DNA of 64,000 nucleotides from the human T2T-CHM13v2.0 reference genome, Homo sapiens: NCBI GenBank assembly GCA_009914755.4, contig CP068257.2, positions 18,016,001 to 18,080,000 of the forward strand, read 5' to 3'. Shown piece by piece: positions 23,941 to 37,335 of this stretch (position 1 is its first letter; each line of letters starts with the position of its first letter). The notes under the pieces were generated by a model. It saw only the letters and a program-made list of their open reading frames with translations, ran no database searches and was not told where the DNA came from. The position numbers and the translations under genes were made by a program.

Positions 23941-24632
23941 CATAGCATTTCTAAGCCAACAGTGTCAACTCGTGGAAGTAAATCAGGCTTTAGGCCTCTT
24001 CTGGGAAGAGGAAATTTCTGCCTTTAGCAGTTAGGGGTAAGATGTCTCCCATAGCCAGATTTTAGTGTCGATATTGTCCGACTGGAACAATATGTAGGCC
24101 ATTCGGTTCCTACATTTCTTTAAGGCACCTATTTTGTCTCCTATTAAGACACTACTTAATTAGTAAGGGGATTTTAAATCCAGAAGTTAACCAGAACCAT
24201 TCTTCTATGAGTAAATAGTTTAGCATGGGCTATAATAGTACGATATAGAGTTCAATGTAGCACCCTTCCTCCTTAAAGGGGCCTTGCACAATTACGTGAT
24301 TTTTATTGAAATTCTTTTTTTCGGGGGGTGGGGGGAGGGGGAGGCATACAGGCCACACAAGTCTAGGAGGTCAAAGGGAAACAAAAGGCAGAGGACTAAG
24401 ACTGCTTGGGGGCAGCATGACTAAGGAACAAAAGTTTAGTTCCTCTGGTGCCATGGATTGGAGGGTCACGCCTGCTGTAATGGGCAGCACATTTAAATGG
24501 GTGCCAGGATTCAGGAGCAAAGGAGAAAAAATAGTGGAGGGGACACCCTCTACTGTTTTCGTCTCCATCCTAGATCACATACCAAAAGCAAAGAGACTAA
24601 AATACCTCTTTTATTCTCACTTCTTTTTCTAG

Positions 24633-25110
24633 ATGGGTAACAGATCATCTTCAACATGAACTCCCCTGGAGTGTATTTTGAAGTTCTGGGACTTCTTCGA
24701 CCTTGAAACTTTGAAAAAAAAAATAGCTTATTTTCTTTTGCACAAGGGTATGGCCTTTTTACTAGATCTTTGCAAGTGTTGCAAAATCAACCCAGCCCTT
24801 TCAGCAGCCATATGGGGCAGGCCCAGGGAAAATAGTTTCCCCAAATGAAAAAAGTAACTTTCAGGGAAATCATCTGAGGATTCCCTTATTTGGGGCCCCT
24901 TCAAGTCCCCTTCTCATTGCAGGGTCTTAGGCAAGTAAAGGGAGACTTGGGCCAATTTTCTGACGACCCTGATAGGTATATAGAAGCTTTTCAAAATTTA
25001 ACTCAGGTATTTGACCTCTCATGGAGGAATGTTACGGTGTTCCTCAGCCAAACCCTAACTGCAGCTAAAACAGGCAGCAGTGCAAGCAGAAGAAAATTTT
25101 GGAGATGAGC
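24633..25110 (+). pseudogene. Retroviral gag remnant (MA N-terminus fused by deletion to CA N-terminus), frameshifted
   Basis: The ATG at 24633 gives MGNRSSST, then after a frameshift TPLECILKFWDFFDLETLKKK (compare HERV-W gag MGNIPPKAKTPLRCILENWDQCDTQTLRKKR). ORF 24890..25108 (...VPFSLQGLRQVKGDLGQFSDDPDRYIEAFQNLTQVFDLSWRNVTVFLSQTLTAAK) matches HERV-W gag ...VPFSLSDLKQIKIDLGKFSDNPDGYIDVLQGLGQSFDLTWRDIMLLLNQTLTPNE and the MLV CA N-terminus (PFSSSDLYNWK...FSEDPGKL...). About 300 nt of MA/p12 are missing. Confidence 0.75.
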
Positions 25111-26348
25111 AATATGTCTCCTATAGTAGGCCAAAAGGGAAAAGAGAAAATGGGAAAGGCAAAGAAATAGGAAAAACACCATTCCCAATAGGAAAAAAAG
25201 GCAATATCTTTTGACAACCCTAATTGGAACCCCTTTCTATGGTGTTTTACCTTTTTTGGTGGTTTAAAATGACTTATATCTCTTTTATAATGTTCTTCCA
25301 ATCTGGAAAAAGTTCCCAACCTTAAAATGCTTGATTTAGATTTAAGCTAGGGGGAAGGGAACCCAGAAGCCTGATATGCCAGCAAAGTGGTAAAAATTTC
25401 TTACAAATGGGGCTTTTGGCTTCTCTCCCCCTGTGCAAACCAGTACAAGGGATAATAAGGATAATCATTTATATTCTCTGTAAATGTATAATTAATGAAA
25501 AAGGATTTGTGAAGTTGGTCTTAAGCTGTAGACAGTCTGGTGTGCCTTGCATGTCTTTCTGTATGGTTCTGTCAAATAAAGGGTATCTTAGGTTAGGATG
25601 GAGGCCCAGGACCCCATAAGTCTGCTGTTCAAGCCAGCCCAACAAAATAGTAACAAACTTGGCTACAGGCCTCCATCTTGTTTCATGTCCTTGGGAACAT
25701 GACCTGTAACCGTGTGGCAATACTTTGTTTTAGCCTCCACCATTTTACAATGGTGGCTGTCTTTTTCTGCTAAGTCAGTTCCTGGGTGAGGGCCACAAAA
25801 TCAGATAAGCCAGTTTATCAGTCTGGGTGGTGCCAGGTAATCCATCAAGAGCAGGGTTTACAAAATATCTTATGCACTGATTTTAAAAGCAATTTAGGGA
25901 AGGTCAAAAATCTTGCAGCCTTCAGCTGCATAGCTCCTGGGCCATAGTTTCTAATTTTATGGCTAGTTTCTTGGGCTGGTCCCCAGACAAGAGGGAAGTG
26001 TATCTTAAGAAGAGGTTGTTAACATCTTTGTTTTAGACTATAAACTGTAAAACCGGTTCCTCCCAAAGTTGGTTCCACCTATGCCCAGGGATGGACAAGG
26101 AAAGCTTGGGAGCTAGAAACAAAATGGAGTTGTTTGGGTCAGATCTCTTTCACTGTCTCAGTCACAATTTTGCAATTACTGTTTTGAAAGCTTCCTATCA
26201 CTCCTTTAAAAATACCTTGTATGCCTGTGGTTAAGTCACAATCTAATTAAAGCTTGTCAGTTTCACCTGTGACTTACTTTTTGTAAAGTTCAAAAGCAGA
26301 AAATCTTAACTGTTTGACGTGGCTAAAGTCAAATAACAAGGGATTTGA

Positions 26349-26646
<298 letters not shown>

Positions 26647-27076
26647 TTCTTAAAGAGTGCTAGGCTTAATTAAACATGGGTATTCAAGTTGTAGGTATAT
26701 TTGAAAGGCTTTTATGTTTTTCTCTTCTTGGATCTTGTTTTTCTGGAAAAAGGCTCTTTTCTTCTCAGTTAAATTGGTTAATCCCTTTATTAAGCCCTCT
26801 CTTGCTTATATATCTTTTATTAATATTTGGACCCTGTATACTCAATACTATAATTTGAATTGCTTTTTCTCACCTAGAAGTAATCAAACTCCAAATGGTG
26901 CTGCAAACTGAACTACGCATGGACACGCCATTCTTCCGAGGACCCTTAGATCGACCCCAGGAGGAGTCCCAGCTGCTGTTCCCCATTCAACGCCCTTTTC
27001 AGCAGCAGGTAGCCAGAAAGAGTCGTCGCCCAAAACCCCCCAGTAGCAGTTAGGGTGACTTCTCCATAGGGGGCAA

Positions 27077-27705
27077 AGTTTTAGGAATTATTAAGAGATT
27101 ACTTTAGGCAGATAGAGAGGAAAAGGGGTCCTTAGAAATTTTTTGTCTCTTTTAAAGCAGCTCCAGAAACGTTTCTTGTCTAGCAGAAAAGCCCCGGCTC
27201 TTAAGAGCCGGCCGGCAACCTTTGATATCCAAATGCTGACCATTAGAAACTGGGTCCACCCAACATGGTGATTCCCACCGTTGTCCTCTTGCCCTTGCCT
27301 CCACATGTGCCTGGCAACATGGCTGCCCGCCGACATATCCCCACTTTTGTAGAACATCATGGCCCCCTACACTGGCATATTAAAAGGTTAGGGTGGGAGG
27401 GCCAGTTTTTTCGTGGGTGAAGTGAATGACATGCCTGGTCAAACCAATACCCTGAACCCTATACAAATCAGACACAACCTCTTCCAGCCTCCTCATATAA
27501 CTGGCTGATATGCACCGCACATGAGGTCCCCTCTCTTGGCTTTGGAGCCCCTCCTCCTTCGGTCTCTGTAGGGGGAGCTTTTCCTGCTTTCTTCTCCCTT
27601 CTTTGCTGCCTGTTAAACTCTCGGCTTCTTAGAACCACTCCACAGGTGTCCATGTCATTTTATCTAATTTGACATGAGACAAGAACCCTGGTGGTCCTCC
27701 ACTCA
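27077..27705 (+). mobile_element. ERV 3' LTR (approximate bounds)
   Basis: A purine-rich PPT-like tract lies just upstream (atagggggcaaag). The LTR contains gttaaactctcggcttcttag (poly-A-signal-like AATAAA variant region). It ends ...ccactCA and abuts the resumed L1 ORF1 sequence. Confidence 0.55.
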
Positions 27706-30035
27706 TCAGAGCTGTATCATTGTCATGGGTCTTAAGTTATTTGCATTGGGTTAAAACATGCTCCTTTAGCCTCAGCAAAGTTTATTACCCACCTTCTGAA
27801 GCCTACTTCTGTCAATTTGTCCATCTCATCCTCTGTCCAGTTTGGTGCCCTTGCTAAAGAGGTGTTTCAATCATTAGGAGAAGAAGAGGCATTCTGGCCT
27901 TTGGGTTTTCAGCATTTTTTCATTGGTTCTTTCTCATCTTCATGAGTTTGTCTGGTTTTGATCGCTGAGGCTGCTGACACTTGGGTGTGGTTTTGATTGG
28001 GACTTTTTTCATTGATGCTGTTGTTGCTTTTTGTTTGTTTTTCTTTCAATAGTCAGGTTCCTCTTTTGTAGGGCTGCTGTGGTTTGCTGGGGGATCACTT
28101 CAAGCCCTATTCATCTGGTTCACTTCTGCACCTGGAGTTGTCACCTGAGGAGGCTGGAGAGCATCAAAGATGGGTGCCTCCTCCTTCCTTTGGGATCTCT
28201 GACCTTGAGGGGCAACAAGCTGATGCCAGTAGGAACACTTCTGTATATGGTGTCTGGCGACCTCTGTTGGGGTGTCTCACCCAGTTGGGGCACACAGGAA
28301 CCAGGACCCATTTAACGAAGCACTTTGGCTGTCCTTTGGTGGCGGGGCTGTGCTGTGCTGGGGGGAAATCCACTCATCTGGGCTGCCCAGATTCCTCAGA
28401 GCGAGCAGGAAGAAAGACTAAGTCTGCCAGTCCACAGAGACTACAGTCATCTCTCCTCCTAGGGGCTCAGGCCCACGGAGATCAGAATTCTATCCCTGAG
28501 CCCCTGGATGAAGTTCTTGGAGTTCCTTCAGGAGGGTCCCACCCAGTAAGGAGGGTTGTGCAAGGGTCTGACCTGAACAGGTATTCTGGCAACCATCTGC
28601 CACAGCTGGTGTGATGCACTTTGGGGAATACCTCTTGGGACCAAGCCATCCAGCTTCCCTGGCTCCAGCAGGGTAAAAGCACAGCCTGGAGCTATAGTAA
28701 TGACTGCTACCCCTACCCGAGGAAACTCAGATGGCTGAGAAAGCAGGCTGCAGCAATGATGGCAGCTGCCCCTCCCTTGGGGAGTTCTTGTCTTAGGGCA
28801 CCGCAGCAGTGGCTGCCATTCCTCCCTCAAGGAGCTCAGACAGCTTAGACAACAAACAGCAGCAGCAGTGGTGATGGCCGCCCCTCCGCCTGGGAAATCA
28901 GCAGGCTTAGGCAGATTCCAGTTGAGTGGCTATTGAGAATCTGCATTACTCTGTGGTTGGGAGCCAAGGCCCCCAGGGCATGGGCTCACAAGTGGGATTT
29001 TCTGAACTCTGGGTTGCACAGTTCTGTAGATAAAGCACATTTCCCAGGCTGGGTAGCACGGTCACTCACTGCTTCCCTTGGATCAGGGGAGGGGCTCCCC
29101 TGCCCCATGTGGCTATCAGATGGGCTGAGGCACCACCCTGCTCTTCCTTTCTCTCTGTGTGTCACACCAGCTGCCAAGCCAGTCTTGATGACAGAACCTG
29201 GATGCCTTGGTTGCTGCTGTGGGATTCACATGCTGTTTTGGTTCTTTCTGATGGAAGCCTTTGATTTCCACTGCTTCTAGTTGGCTGTCTTGGCCCAGAC
29301 CCTCCAATCTTAACTTTCATTATTTCTTCTGTTTCATTCTTTGTTTAGCTAGGTCTGTGTTTTTGATATATATACTTTTCCTTTATATCTAGAAAAATTT
29401 CTTTTAATGTTTCTTACATGGCAGGCCTACTTGTGACAAATTTCTTCAGTTTTTGTCTAAGAAACTATTTTTGCTTCACATTTGAAGGATAATTTTCTAG
29501 ATAAAGAATTCTTGGGTTGGTGTATTTTTCTCCTCCCCTGCCTCCTCCTCCTCCTTGTCCTTCCACACTTTAAATGTTTTAATCCACCTGCCTCTTTTTT
29601 TACATGGTTTCTGACAAGAAGTCTCCTGTAATATTATCCTTGTTCTTCTATAGGTAAGGTATTATTTTTCCTTTGGCTTCTTTCAAGATTTTCTCCTCGT
29701 TTTTGGCTTCCCACAATTTTAATGATAACCTAGGTGTAGTTGAGTTTTGCTTGTTTGTTTGTTGTGTGTGTGCGTGTGTTTTGTTTGTTTGTTTTTGTTT
29801 GTTTTAGCATTTTTTCTACTCAGAGATTTTTTGATCTGGGATTGAGTGCCTATTATTAATTTTGAAAATCATCAACCATTTTACATTCAAATTTTTTTTT
29901 CTGCTCTGTTCCTTCTTGATTCTCTTTCTGGTTTTTCAAATATGTCTATGTTAATGTTACACTTTAAAAAAATGTAACAATTCTTGGATGTTCTAGGAGC
30001 CCATCAAGAATATTCTTCATTTCTACTACAGTAAT
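27706..30035 (-). mobile_element. LINE-1 (same L1PB/L1MA-like copy as 21891..23426) 5'UTR (~2.1 kb, GC-rich) and ORF1 start, minus strand
   Basis: The reverse complement of 27706-27925 gives ...MKKC.KPKGQNASSSPNDWNTSLARAPNWTEDEMDKLTEVGFRRWVITNFAELKEHVLTQCKELKTHDNDTAL, the old-L1 ORF1 N-terminus (...WTENEFDELTEVGFRRWVITNFAELKEHVLTQCKEAKNHDKTLQELLTRIT). Upstream of it lies GC-rich 5'UTR-like sequence containing ~4 tandem ~58-bp units (28690-28915). The 5' boundary is uncertain and may extend past the Alu fragment to ~30800. Confidence 0.7.
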
Positions 30036-30148
30036 TTTTTTTAAGAGACAAGTTATTGCTGTGTTGTCCTTGAACTACTGATCTCTTGGGCTCAAAGAGA
30101 TTCTTCCACTTCAGCCTCCCTAGTAGCTGAGACTACAAGTGCCTGGCT
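30035..30148 (-). mobile_element. Alu-monomer-like fragment (FLAM/AluJ-like, ~110 bp)
   Basis: ttttttttaagagacaagttattgctgtgttgtccttgaactactgatctcttgggctcaaagagattcttccacttcagcctccctagtagctgagactacaagtgcctgg resembles the reverse complement of an Alu monomer (gagacagggtctcgctatgttgcccaggctggtcttgaactcctgggctcaag...cctcagcctcccaaagtgctgggattacaggcgtg...). Confidence 0.5.
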
Positions 30149-32352
30149 CAGTGCTTTTTTCATTTCTAGCATATCATTTTGATTGCTTCTTAGAGTTTCC
30201 ATTATTATATTGGAGCCCTGCTGATGGAAGTACAAAGGAGTATTCCACAATCTTATGATTATATCTTAGTCTTTTAAAGGGCCTATGTCCCTGCACTTTG
30301 TGACCTTCACAAATGTTTACTACCTCTTCTGTTCTCTTGGGTGAGACAGAAAGGCAGATGGGGCTAGAATTGGCTAGAATTAGGGGATTTCCCTTCCCCT
30401 AGTTCTGCTAAGGTTCCAGCAAAGTTTCTTCTCCAAAGTTTCCTTTGGAGAGTAGACCTTTGTTATGTAGAGCACTCTGGCCATGTTTCCAAATCATAAC
30501 TTTTCCTTTCCCTGCTAGGAACACAAAGGGATCTTTGCTCTGAGAACTGTTAGAGTTCCTGAGAGTAAAACCCATATAAGTGTGGAGACCCTCTTAAGAC
30601 AGGGTCCCCCAAGAGTTTCTCCTTCTAAAGCTAGTCCACATTTTATCTCCAACAATCAATCAAAATTACCATGTAAATATGTGTAACAGTTTATGGCTTC
30701 TGCAACTCCTGCTCCAAGTAAGTTAATTTCTGCTGTGGTTCTCTGTATTTACCTATCTCTTCAGACCTTGAAATGCTGTTTTTGCCTTGTGGCATTAATT
30801 AAGTTTAAGAACAGTCATTGATTTTCAGTTTTCTTTTTCTTACGTACAGCTGAAAGTGATGATTTCTAAGCTTTTTACCAGAGCTAAAAGTACTTTCTCC
30901 ATTATTTTTAAATACAGAAACCAGAAAATATGCACGCTCTTTTTCCCCTCTAAAATAAGTGCTTTCTCAGAATATGGCATGCTACTGGTTATTATCAAAG
31001 TTTAGAATTGTTATCTTAATAAGTTTTTTCTGTATAATCAAATGAATTATTTCCCTTTTCACAGAAAGTTATTTAATAATGCTTGAAGCTTTCTGAGTAG
31101 ATTTTACTTCTTGTGTGTTATGCTACCTCTAGTGTGGACTTGATGGCTGCCTCTATACTATCCATTTAACCTGCAAACTGAGTATGTAGCAGTCTAGCAT
31201 CATCTCTAGAAATGATTCTGATTTGTCTATAATAGTTAAGTCTATTCCAGTTGGATTAGTTTAGATAATTCAATCAGACAAATCAAAAGATGCTTTCTTT
31301 TCTGGCTATGAAAAAAAAAGTATGTAACTATATTTTTCCTGGAGTAAGCCTGTTGCAGGACAAAATTTAAAAGTAGTGAATGTAAGAGATGAAAAAAAGG
31401 CCAAGAAATTATAAAATTATAATTGCCCATACCACTTCTGAAATTCTCAGTGTCTTAGCAAATACATGTTTTCAAACCCAGTGTTGGATTTTCTTTTACT
31501 AACACGAAACATATTTTTCTGACATAAAGTCTATGTCCTGAAAAAGAATGTAGAGTATAATGAATTGTGGAAACATTTTCCTGATACAAGAATATACCTG
31601 CTTTCTTAGAAAGCCTAAAATATTCAGAAGAATAATTAAAAGAATAAAAAAACTATATGAAAATATAGCAACCAAATTTAAAACACATCTATACTTTAAG
31701 ACCATTTTCCTTAATCTGAAAATGGCATTTGATACTTCATTACTTTTTATTGAATATTTTATTTTAAGCATTTTTCAATGTGATTTCAAAACAGTCATTT
31801 ATGTCACTTGGAAATCTGTTTAATATTTCTCTCTTTGGGTTTGCCATAATTTATGTACCTACAATGGTCATTTTAACAGTATAGGACAGTTAAGTTTGTT
31901 CCTATTTCTTGCTATTATAAATAACTTTGGGCCTTCTTATAGTTTATGTTTTACATCTTGTCTAGAATAGAAAACTGAATTATTGCACAGAATGTGTAAT
32001 AGTGGTTTAACATTCTAGATCTCTATGGGCAAATGACTTTTTGAAATATTTCTGTCAATATCAATATCATCATTGACAAATAAAATGGCTCATCTTGGTG
32101 CATCATTGCTATCACTGAATATTACTGCCTTGAGAAATAGAAATAGATTATCCAACTAGAAAATAAACATTTAAAAAACAAAATAAAAAACAATAACATA
32201 TGACTGAATCTGTATTTCCATTATTGTAAAATTAAATTAAGTGATAATTTTTAAACTAGTCGTCTTTATTTTTATTGTTAGGAGTTGCCTATATTCTTTT
32301 AATGTGTTTAGTTAGATTTTAATAGAAAATTACTCAATTATATTCTTTATAA

Positions 32353-32660
<308 letters not shown>

Positions 32661-33636
32661 TATAGTCTTTTAAAAATGTACTTAACAAACGTACTAAAAC
32701 TTGGTCATATTTATTAAAAACTTTTTGTTGCTAATTTGCTTTTAAATTATTTTTAAATCATTTTTAGAACTTTCATCAGAAATGTAATAATTTTTTTTAG
32801 AAAGCTTGAACAATGTTGAGAATCACATAGATTCGGTAATCTTAATGTCAGAGGAAATATTTTATTGTTATTAATGGTATAATTATGTACATTATTTATA
32901 GGATATTAGTCGTTAATATGTTGTGAATATTTGTTATGACATATATACAGTTATTTTTTAGTGGCAACATAAATTCTATTTTTTGTTGGCTATTTCATGA
33001 TATGGGATAGACAATTTCTGTATTATTACTGCTTTTCCAATTTTGAGTAGTCTCTAATTTTTTATGATTTAATTTAATGGATATCTTTTTAGATAAAAAT
33101 TTGTACAGATTAATTATTTTAGCCTGTGGATACATTGCCAGAAACTGACTTGGTTAATTGAGGATTAAAAGATAGCTACAAATGTTACATTCATGTTATG
33201 CTGTAAAAACTATGAACTGTTTACCTTTCTAGTAGTGTTTTAGAATTCCTGTTTCCCCAAAACCTAACCCCACATTAAAGATTAGATTTTTAAATTTTTT
33301 AAGTAGAAGCTATTATCATTTTTGTTTTTTTTTATTTATTTGATGCTGAAGGGTTTTAAATATGTTTTTAGCTATTTTCTTTTTCTGTGTATACGGAAGT
33401 ATACAAATTACTGGCTTATGCCTTTTTTACTATTAGACTATTAATAACTACAAGGACTATTACTATCATATGTATATATATATATCTAAATTATCTGTAT
33501 CTATCAATATCAATATAGAAACGTACTTTGTAGACAATTCTATTTTACTTTCTTTGTTATTGTCCACTTTTGCTCAAAAATTTTTAAAATGTCTTAATTT
33601 TAAAGTAAAGCGCAGACACAGAAAACTGTACAAAAC

Positions 33637-33660
33637 TTGTGTGTGTGTGTGTGTGTGTGT
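33637..33660. repeat. (GT)n dinucleotide microsatellite, ~12 units
   Basis: cttgtgtgtgtgtgtgtgtgtgtgtat is directly visible. Smaller (TA)n runs lie at ~33470-33485 and ~33883-33897. Confidence 0.95.
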
Positions 33661-36600
33661 ATACATGTTTTGTAATATAACAACCAAATATATGTCTTCA
33701 TAAATTACTAGAGGTGAATCTAGTTTCCGCCAAACTTCCAGAAATTCTCTCACCCCTATTAGCTTATAAACATTATACAATTTGTAATAGTAATCACTCT
33801 TATTTTTATTATTCAATAGTTTAAAGATCCTTATGTGTTTTCTTATAAAATTTACTATTTTTCATTTACAAAATTAAAAAGAATATATATATATATCTTT
33901 TGCTATGTAGTTCTCTCCCATCCAACCATTTCTTCATTATTTGTCTGTTTATTAACCTGAAGCATTTGACTTGTAGAGTTTTCTAAAGTGTGAATTCTAT
34001 TGATTTCATAACAATGGTACAGTTCAATATGTTCCATTGTCCTCTGTATTTTCTAAAAGTAGACAGTACCATCCAGAGACTGAATCAAACTTACATTAGA
34101 TTCCTTCAGTATGGCTATATGTGGTTAGCAAGACAATAAGGCACACACCATCTGGTCGTCTCTCGTTTTTTACTGTTAACATTGCTATCTATATATGACC
34201 TATATCTGGTAATCAAATAGGGATTGGTAAATAATAATATTCCATTGCTATCACTTCTTTTTCCTTTATTATTTGAAATGCTTTTAAAATAAGACACTTT
34301 TACTCACCTATTATTTTCTACCAGTGGAACCATTTATGAAGAAAGGCCAGGATGTTTGATTCTTTTGCATTATTGATCATTTTTGTGAATAAAGCAATGA
34401 TTTTTCTAACATCTTCCACAATTAGCCAATCTTTTTTTCTAGTATTTTAAAGAAATAATAGATTCATATGTATGTTCGAGGACCCAATTCATTGCAGTTT
34501 TTATTGTTATTGAAGTAGAGAGTGAACCACATTCAGCCAGTTGGGAATTTGAAGAGTCAGTTCCTAACTCTTTTTGAAATGTCAGTTGCCTTGATAATTT
34601 ACTTGCTACTTGGAATGGCAACATGTTCTAGCCTCACCATATATATTTTCTGCCCCAGATCTGGAACTATCTATTTCAATCAGAATCCCTGATTTTAAAA
34701 AAAATTCTGAATAGGAATTCAAGACACAATCAAGGAATTGCTCATCTTGTAGTATTTTTCAGTAGAATTAGAAAATAAATGTAAGATCAAATACCTCAGC
34801 AGTTGTTATTGACGTTCCTCTGTAAAGACTACAGATATTTACTTAACTTCTTCTCTATTACTTCTCTATTTTCTTTCTTCCCCTGAAAATTGTTGTTCTA
34901 AAGGACAAAGGCGATGGCAGAATTTGAACATCATTCAATTATCCTTTCTATTTTGTTTGGCATTACACACACACAACAACAATCTCAGAGAAGCAATATA
35001 TATAGTTGCTGTCTTAAGTAATTACTGAAAATATTTTTAAAGTTTTGCATTGTTCTTTTAATTCTCTCTCATTTCTATGGTTGTACTATATTTTCATTTC
35101 CTGAGCTTATAGCCATTATATAACTCTCTCTCCTTTCCTTTAACTCTGTTGTCTCTCTTATGCTTAATTATAATTCAACTCATATTCCTGCTTAATATGG
35201 AGCTATGTTATAGAAGAGAGATCTGGAGGTATATTTTAAAACAATTTTAGGAGCTAGATCCTCTTCAGTCCTTCTTTTCCAAGATTATCAATATTATAGA
35301 GGACAAAACACCTCAGTTTTGGCTCTTCTCAAATTGCTCCCATGTGTTTTCCAGTGAGTACTTTGGATATATTGGTATTTTCTATACAAGTTTGTCAGAC
35401 AGCAACTCTCATTTTTATTTCCTCAGATAACAGTAATATGCAAGACTTATTGGTCATTTGGTTTGTTACTGACTCACTTGTATTTTAAGGTCCTGTGATA
35501 TCTTTTGAACCTACTTTTATTAATATTATTATTGTATCAGATATCAACTCTTGTATTTTATTTCTCAGATATGACTCAATGGATATATGATAGCCTATAA
35601 AACATAGGTGGTTAAAAATATTACTAATGATAACACAATCTATTTCTAAAAGAAATTTTTTTCATCCTGAGCTCCATTGAGTTTATCTGTCTATATCTAG
35701 ATCTATACCTATATCTATGATATAAACAGTGATTTCTCAAAATTCTTACCCATCCATAATTGCCATTTCGTCTGTTGTTGAGAGATAGGATTCCTATCTC
35801 TTGATATTTGGAGACTTGATTTAAAAGAAAAATCTCAATTATTTTCTCACATTTTGGTAGAAGTTGCCTTTTTTGTGATGAACAAAATTTATATTTTCTA
35901 GATAAATTGTGATGACATCTTTATTAAGTCTAGAAAAGTTCATGAAGATTGAAATACCAATGAAAATAATTACTGATATTTCATATGTACATAACTTAAA
36001 ATGTAAATGACAATATAGTATTTATTTGATTGCTAAAATTATGTTTGAATTAAAAAATTATGCTTAATTAAAGTGATACATTTTTATCAACAGGTCCTTA
36101 TTTAGGGGCAAATATATTTCCAGTGCTTCATGGGAGCCTAATGTATGCTGTCATAACTTGATTGTGAATAAAATTATGTGGCATTTGATTCAGGAAAGGC
36201 AAAGTGAATTAGCCAAAATAATTTGAAAAACTAGTGAGGGGAAAATGTAACACTTGAACCAAGGAAGGCTTATTAATGCACTTTTGGTGTGAAAGTTGAA
36301 GACTCTATGAGCTGAGTCTATATATTTGAACCCAGCAACTAACTGTTATAAAGATTCTATCCTATTTTTGCTGCTACAATATTAACCACAACGTGGAGAA
36401 TGTTTATAGCATGTCCTGTGCACACTTGTCTCTTATCACTCAATCAAGGACCACTTTTCTCAAATTAAATTTTTATTCTTCATAACCGTCCTTATGCATA
36501 AAAATAGAATATCAATAGAAAAACTTAAAGTATGCATAATCTCTATGCTTATTCCTCATGTAACTAAATTGTTCTTCATAGATCTACATAGTGTTAATGA

Positions 36601-37298
36601 CATGAGAAAATTAAAAAAATACACATGTAATTATTGCCATTTTGATTATTTTGGTATGACAATTCAAGTTTATAGGCTAACTTTACTTTTTCTAAAAAAC
36701 ACCTTCTTACAGACATTAACTAAATCCCAGTCTCAAACATAGTATTTTGTCCTTTGTTATATCCTGTATTCTTCACTAAACCTCTGTAGAAATGGTGAAA
36801 AGACATGATAACACCAGCACACTCTAGGGGTCTTATAGATTTGCATAAACCAGATTATAGAGAACAATTACCTAAAAGGATAAATGTGCCTGGATAAAGC
36901 ACTGAGCTGGGAGTTTCAAGGCTGAGATTCCCATTGTCTGTCAGCTACTTGGTTTTGCTACTTATTTTTCCAACTTTTTTTTTTCTGTGAAATTATTTTT
37001 TCCTGAAGTTTTAAAATAAAGTGGGCTTCAGGAAAGTTTTATAGTTTTTCAAATTTATCTTTTCTGTTGTTTTTGTATAGTGTTCAAGATTATGTAACTT
37101 GTTTTCTTAGATTTTCCAGCTGTGTTTAACTCTCTACTTTAATCTAAATCTTCTTTTCTTTTAACTCTTGTCTTCATTCTGCTCAATTATGATACAATTC
37201 TCATAATTTCTCCTTAGTATGGAACTCTGTTCTAGAAGAAAGACCTGAAGGGACATTTTTTAAAAGTTCTTAGTGACCAGACCACTCTATCCTCTTCA

Positions 37299-37335
37299 GT
37301 TTTGTTTTTTGTTTTGTTTTTGTTTTTGTTTTTCC
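37299..37335. repeat. (TTTTG)n/(TTTG)n pentanucleotide-type microsatellite
   Basis: tttgttttttgttttgtttttgtttttgtttttcccc is directly visible. Confidence 0.9.

Noticed and set aside
24890-25108. gag ORF as a possibly functional, domesticated capsid-like gene (Arc/PNMA/syncytin-style co-option)
   Set aside because: Only ~72 codons are open. The upstream MA region is frameshifted and internally deleted, and no NC zinc-knuckle or downstream pol frame survives. No intact ORF of meaningful length remains.
28084-28614. 176-aa plus-strand ORF (and overlapping 100-aa minus ORF), considered as a possible L1 antisense ORF0-like gene
   Set aside because: The ORF lies antisense to the GC-rich L1 5'UTR, where stop codons are rare by composition. 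Described primate ORF0 is ~70 aa and located in the proximal 5'UTR of young L1PA elements. This copy is an old L1PB/L1MA-type with a different 5'UTR. The peptide (…GAGEHQRWVPPPSFGISDLEGQQADASRNTSVYGVWRPLLG…) has no features suggesting selection.
33430-33500. (TA)n-rich patches and the 611-646 tandem duplication (ttttgttgtgaatgat x2) as possible regulatory elements
   Set aside because: These are ordinary low-complexity or slippage products in AT-rich DNA. Nothing in the surrounding context points to function.
36780-36960. Possible MIR SINE fragment (…gcactgagctgggagtttcaaggctgagattcccattgtctgtcagctacttggttttgctac…)
   Set aside because: It resembles the MIR core (…gaatcccggctctgccacttactagctgtgtgaccttggg…) only loosely. 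It is too diverged to call by eye, so I left it unannotated. RepeatMasker would decide.
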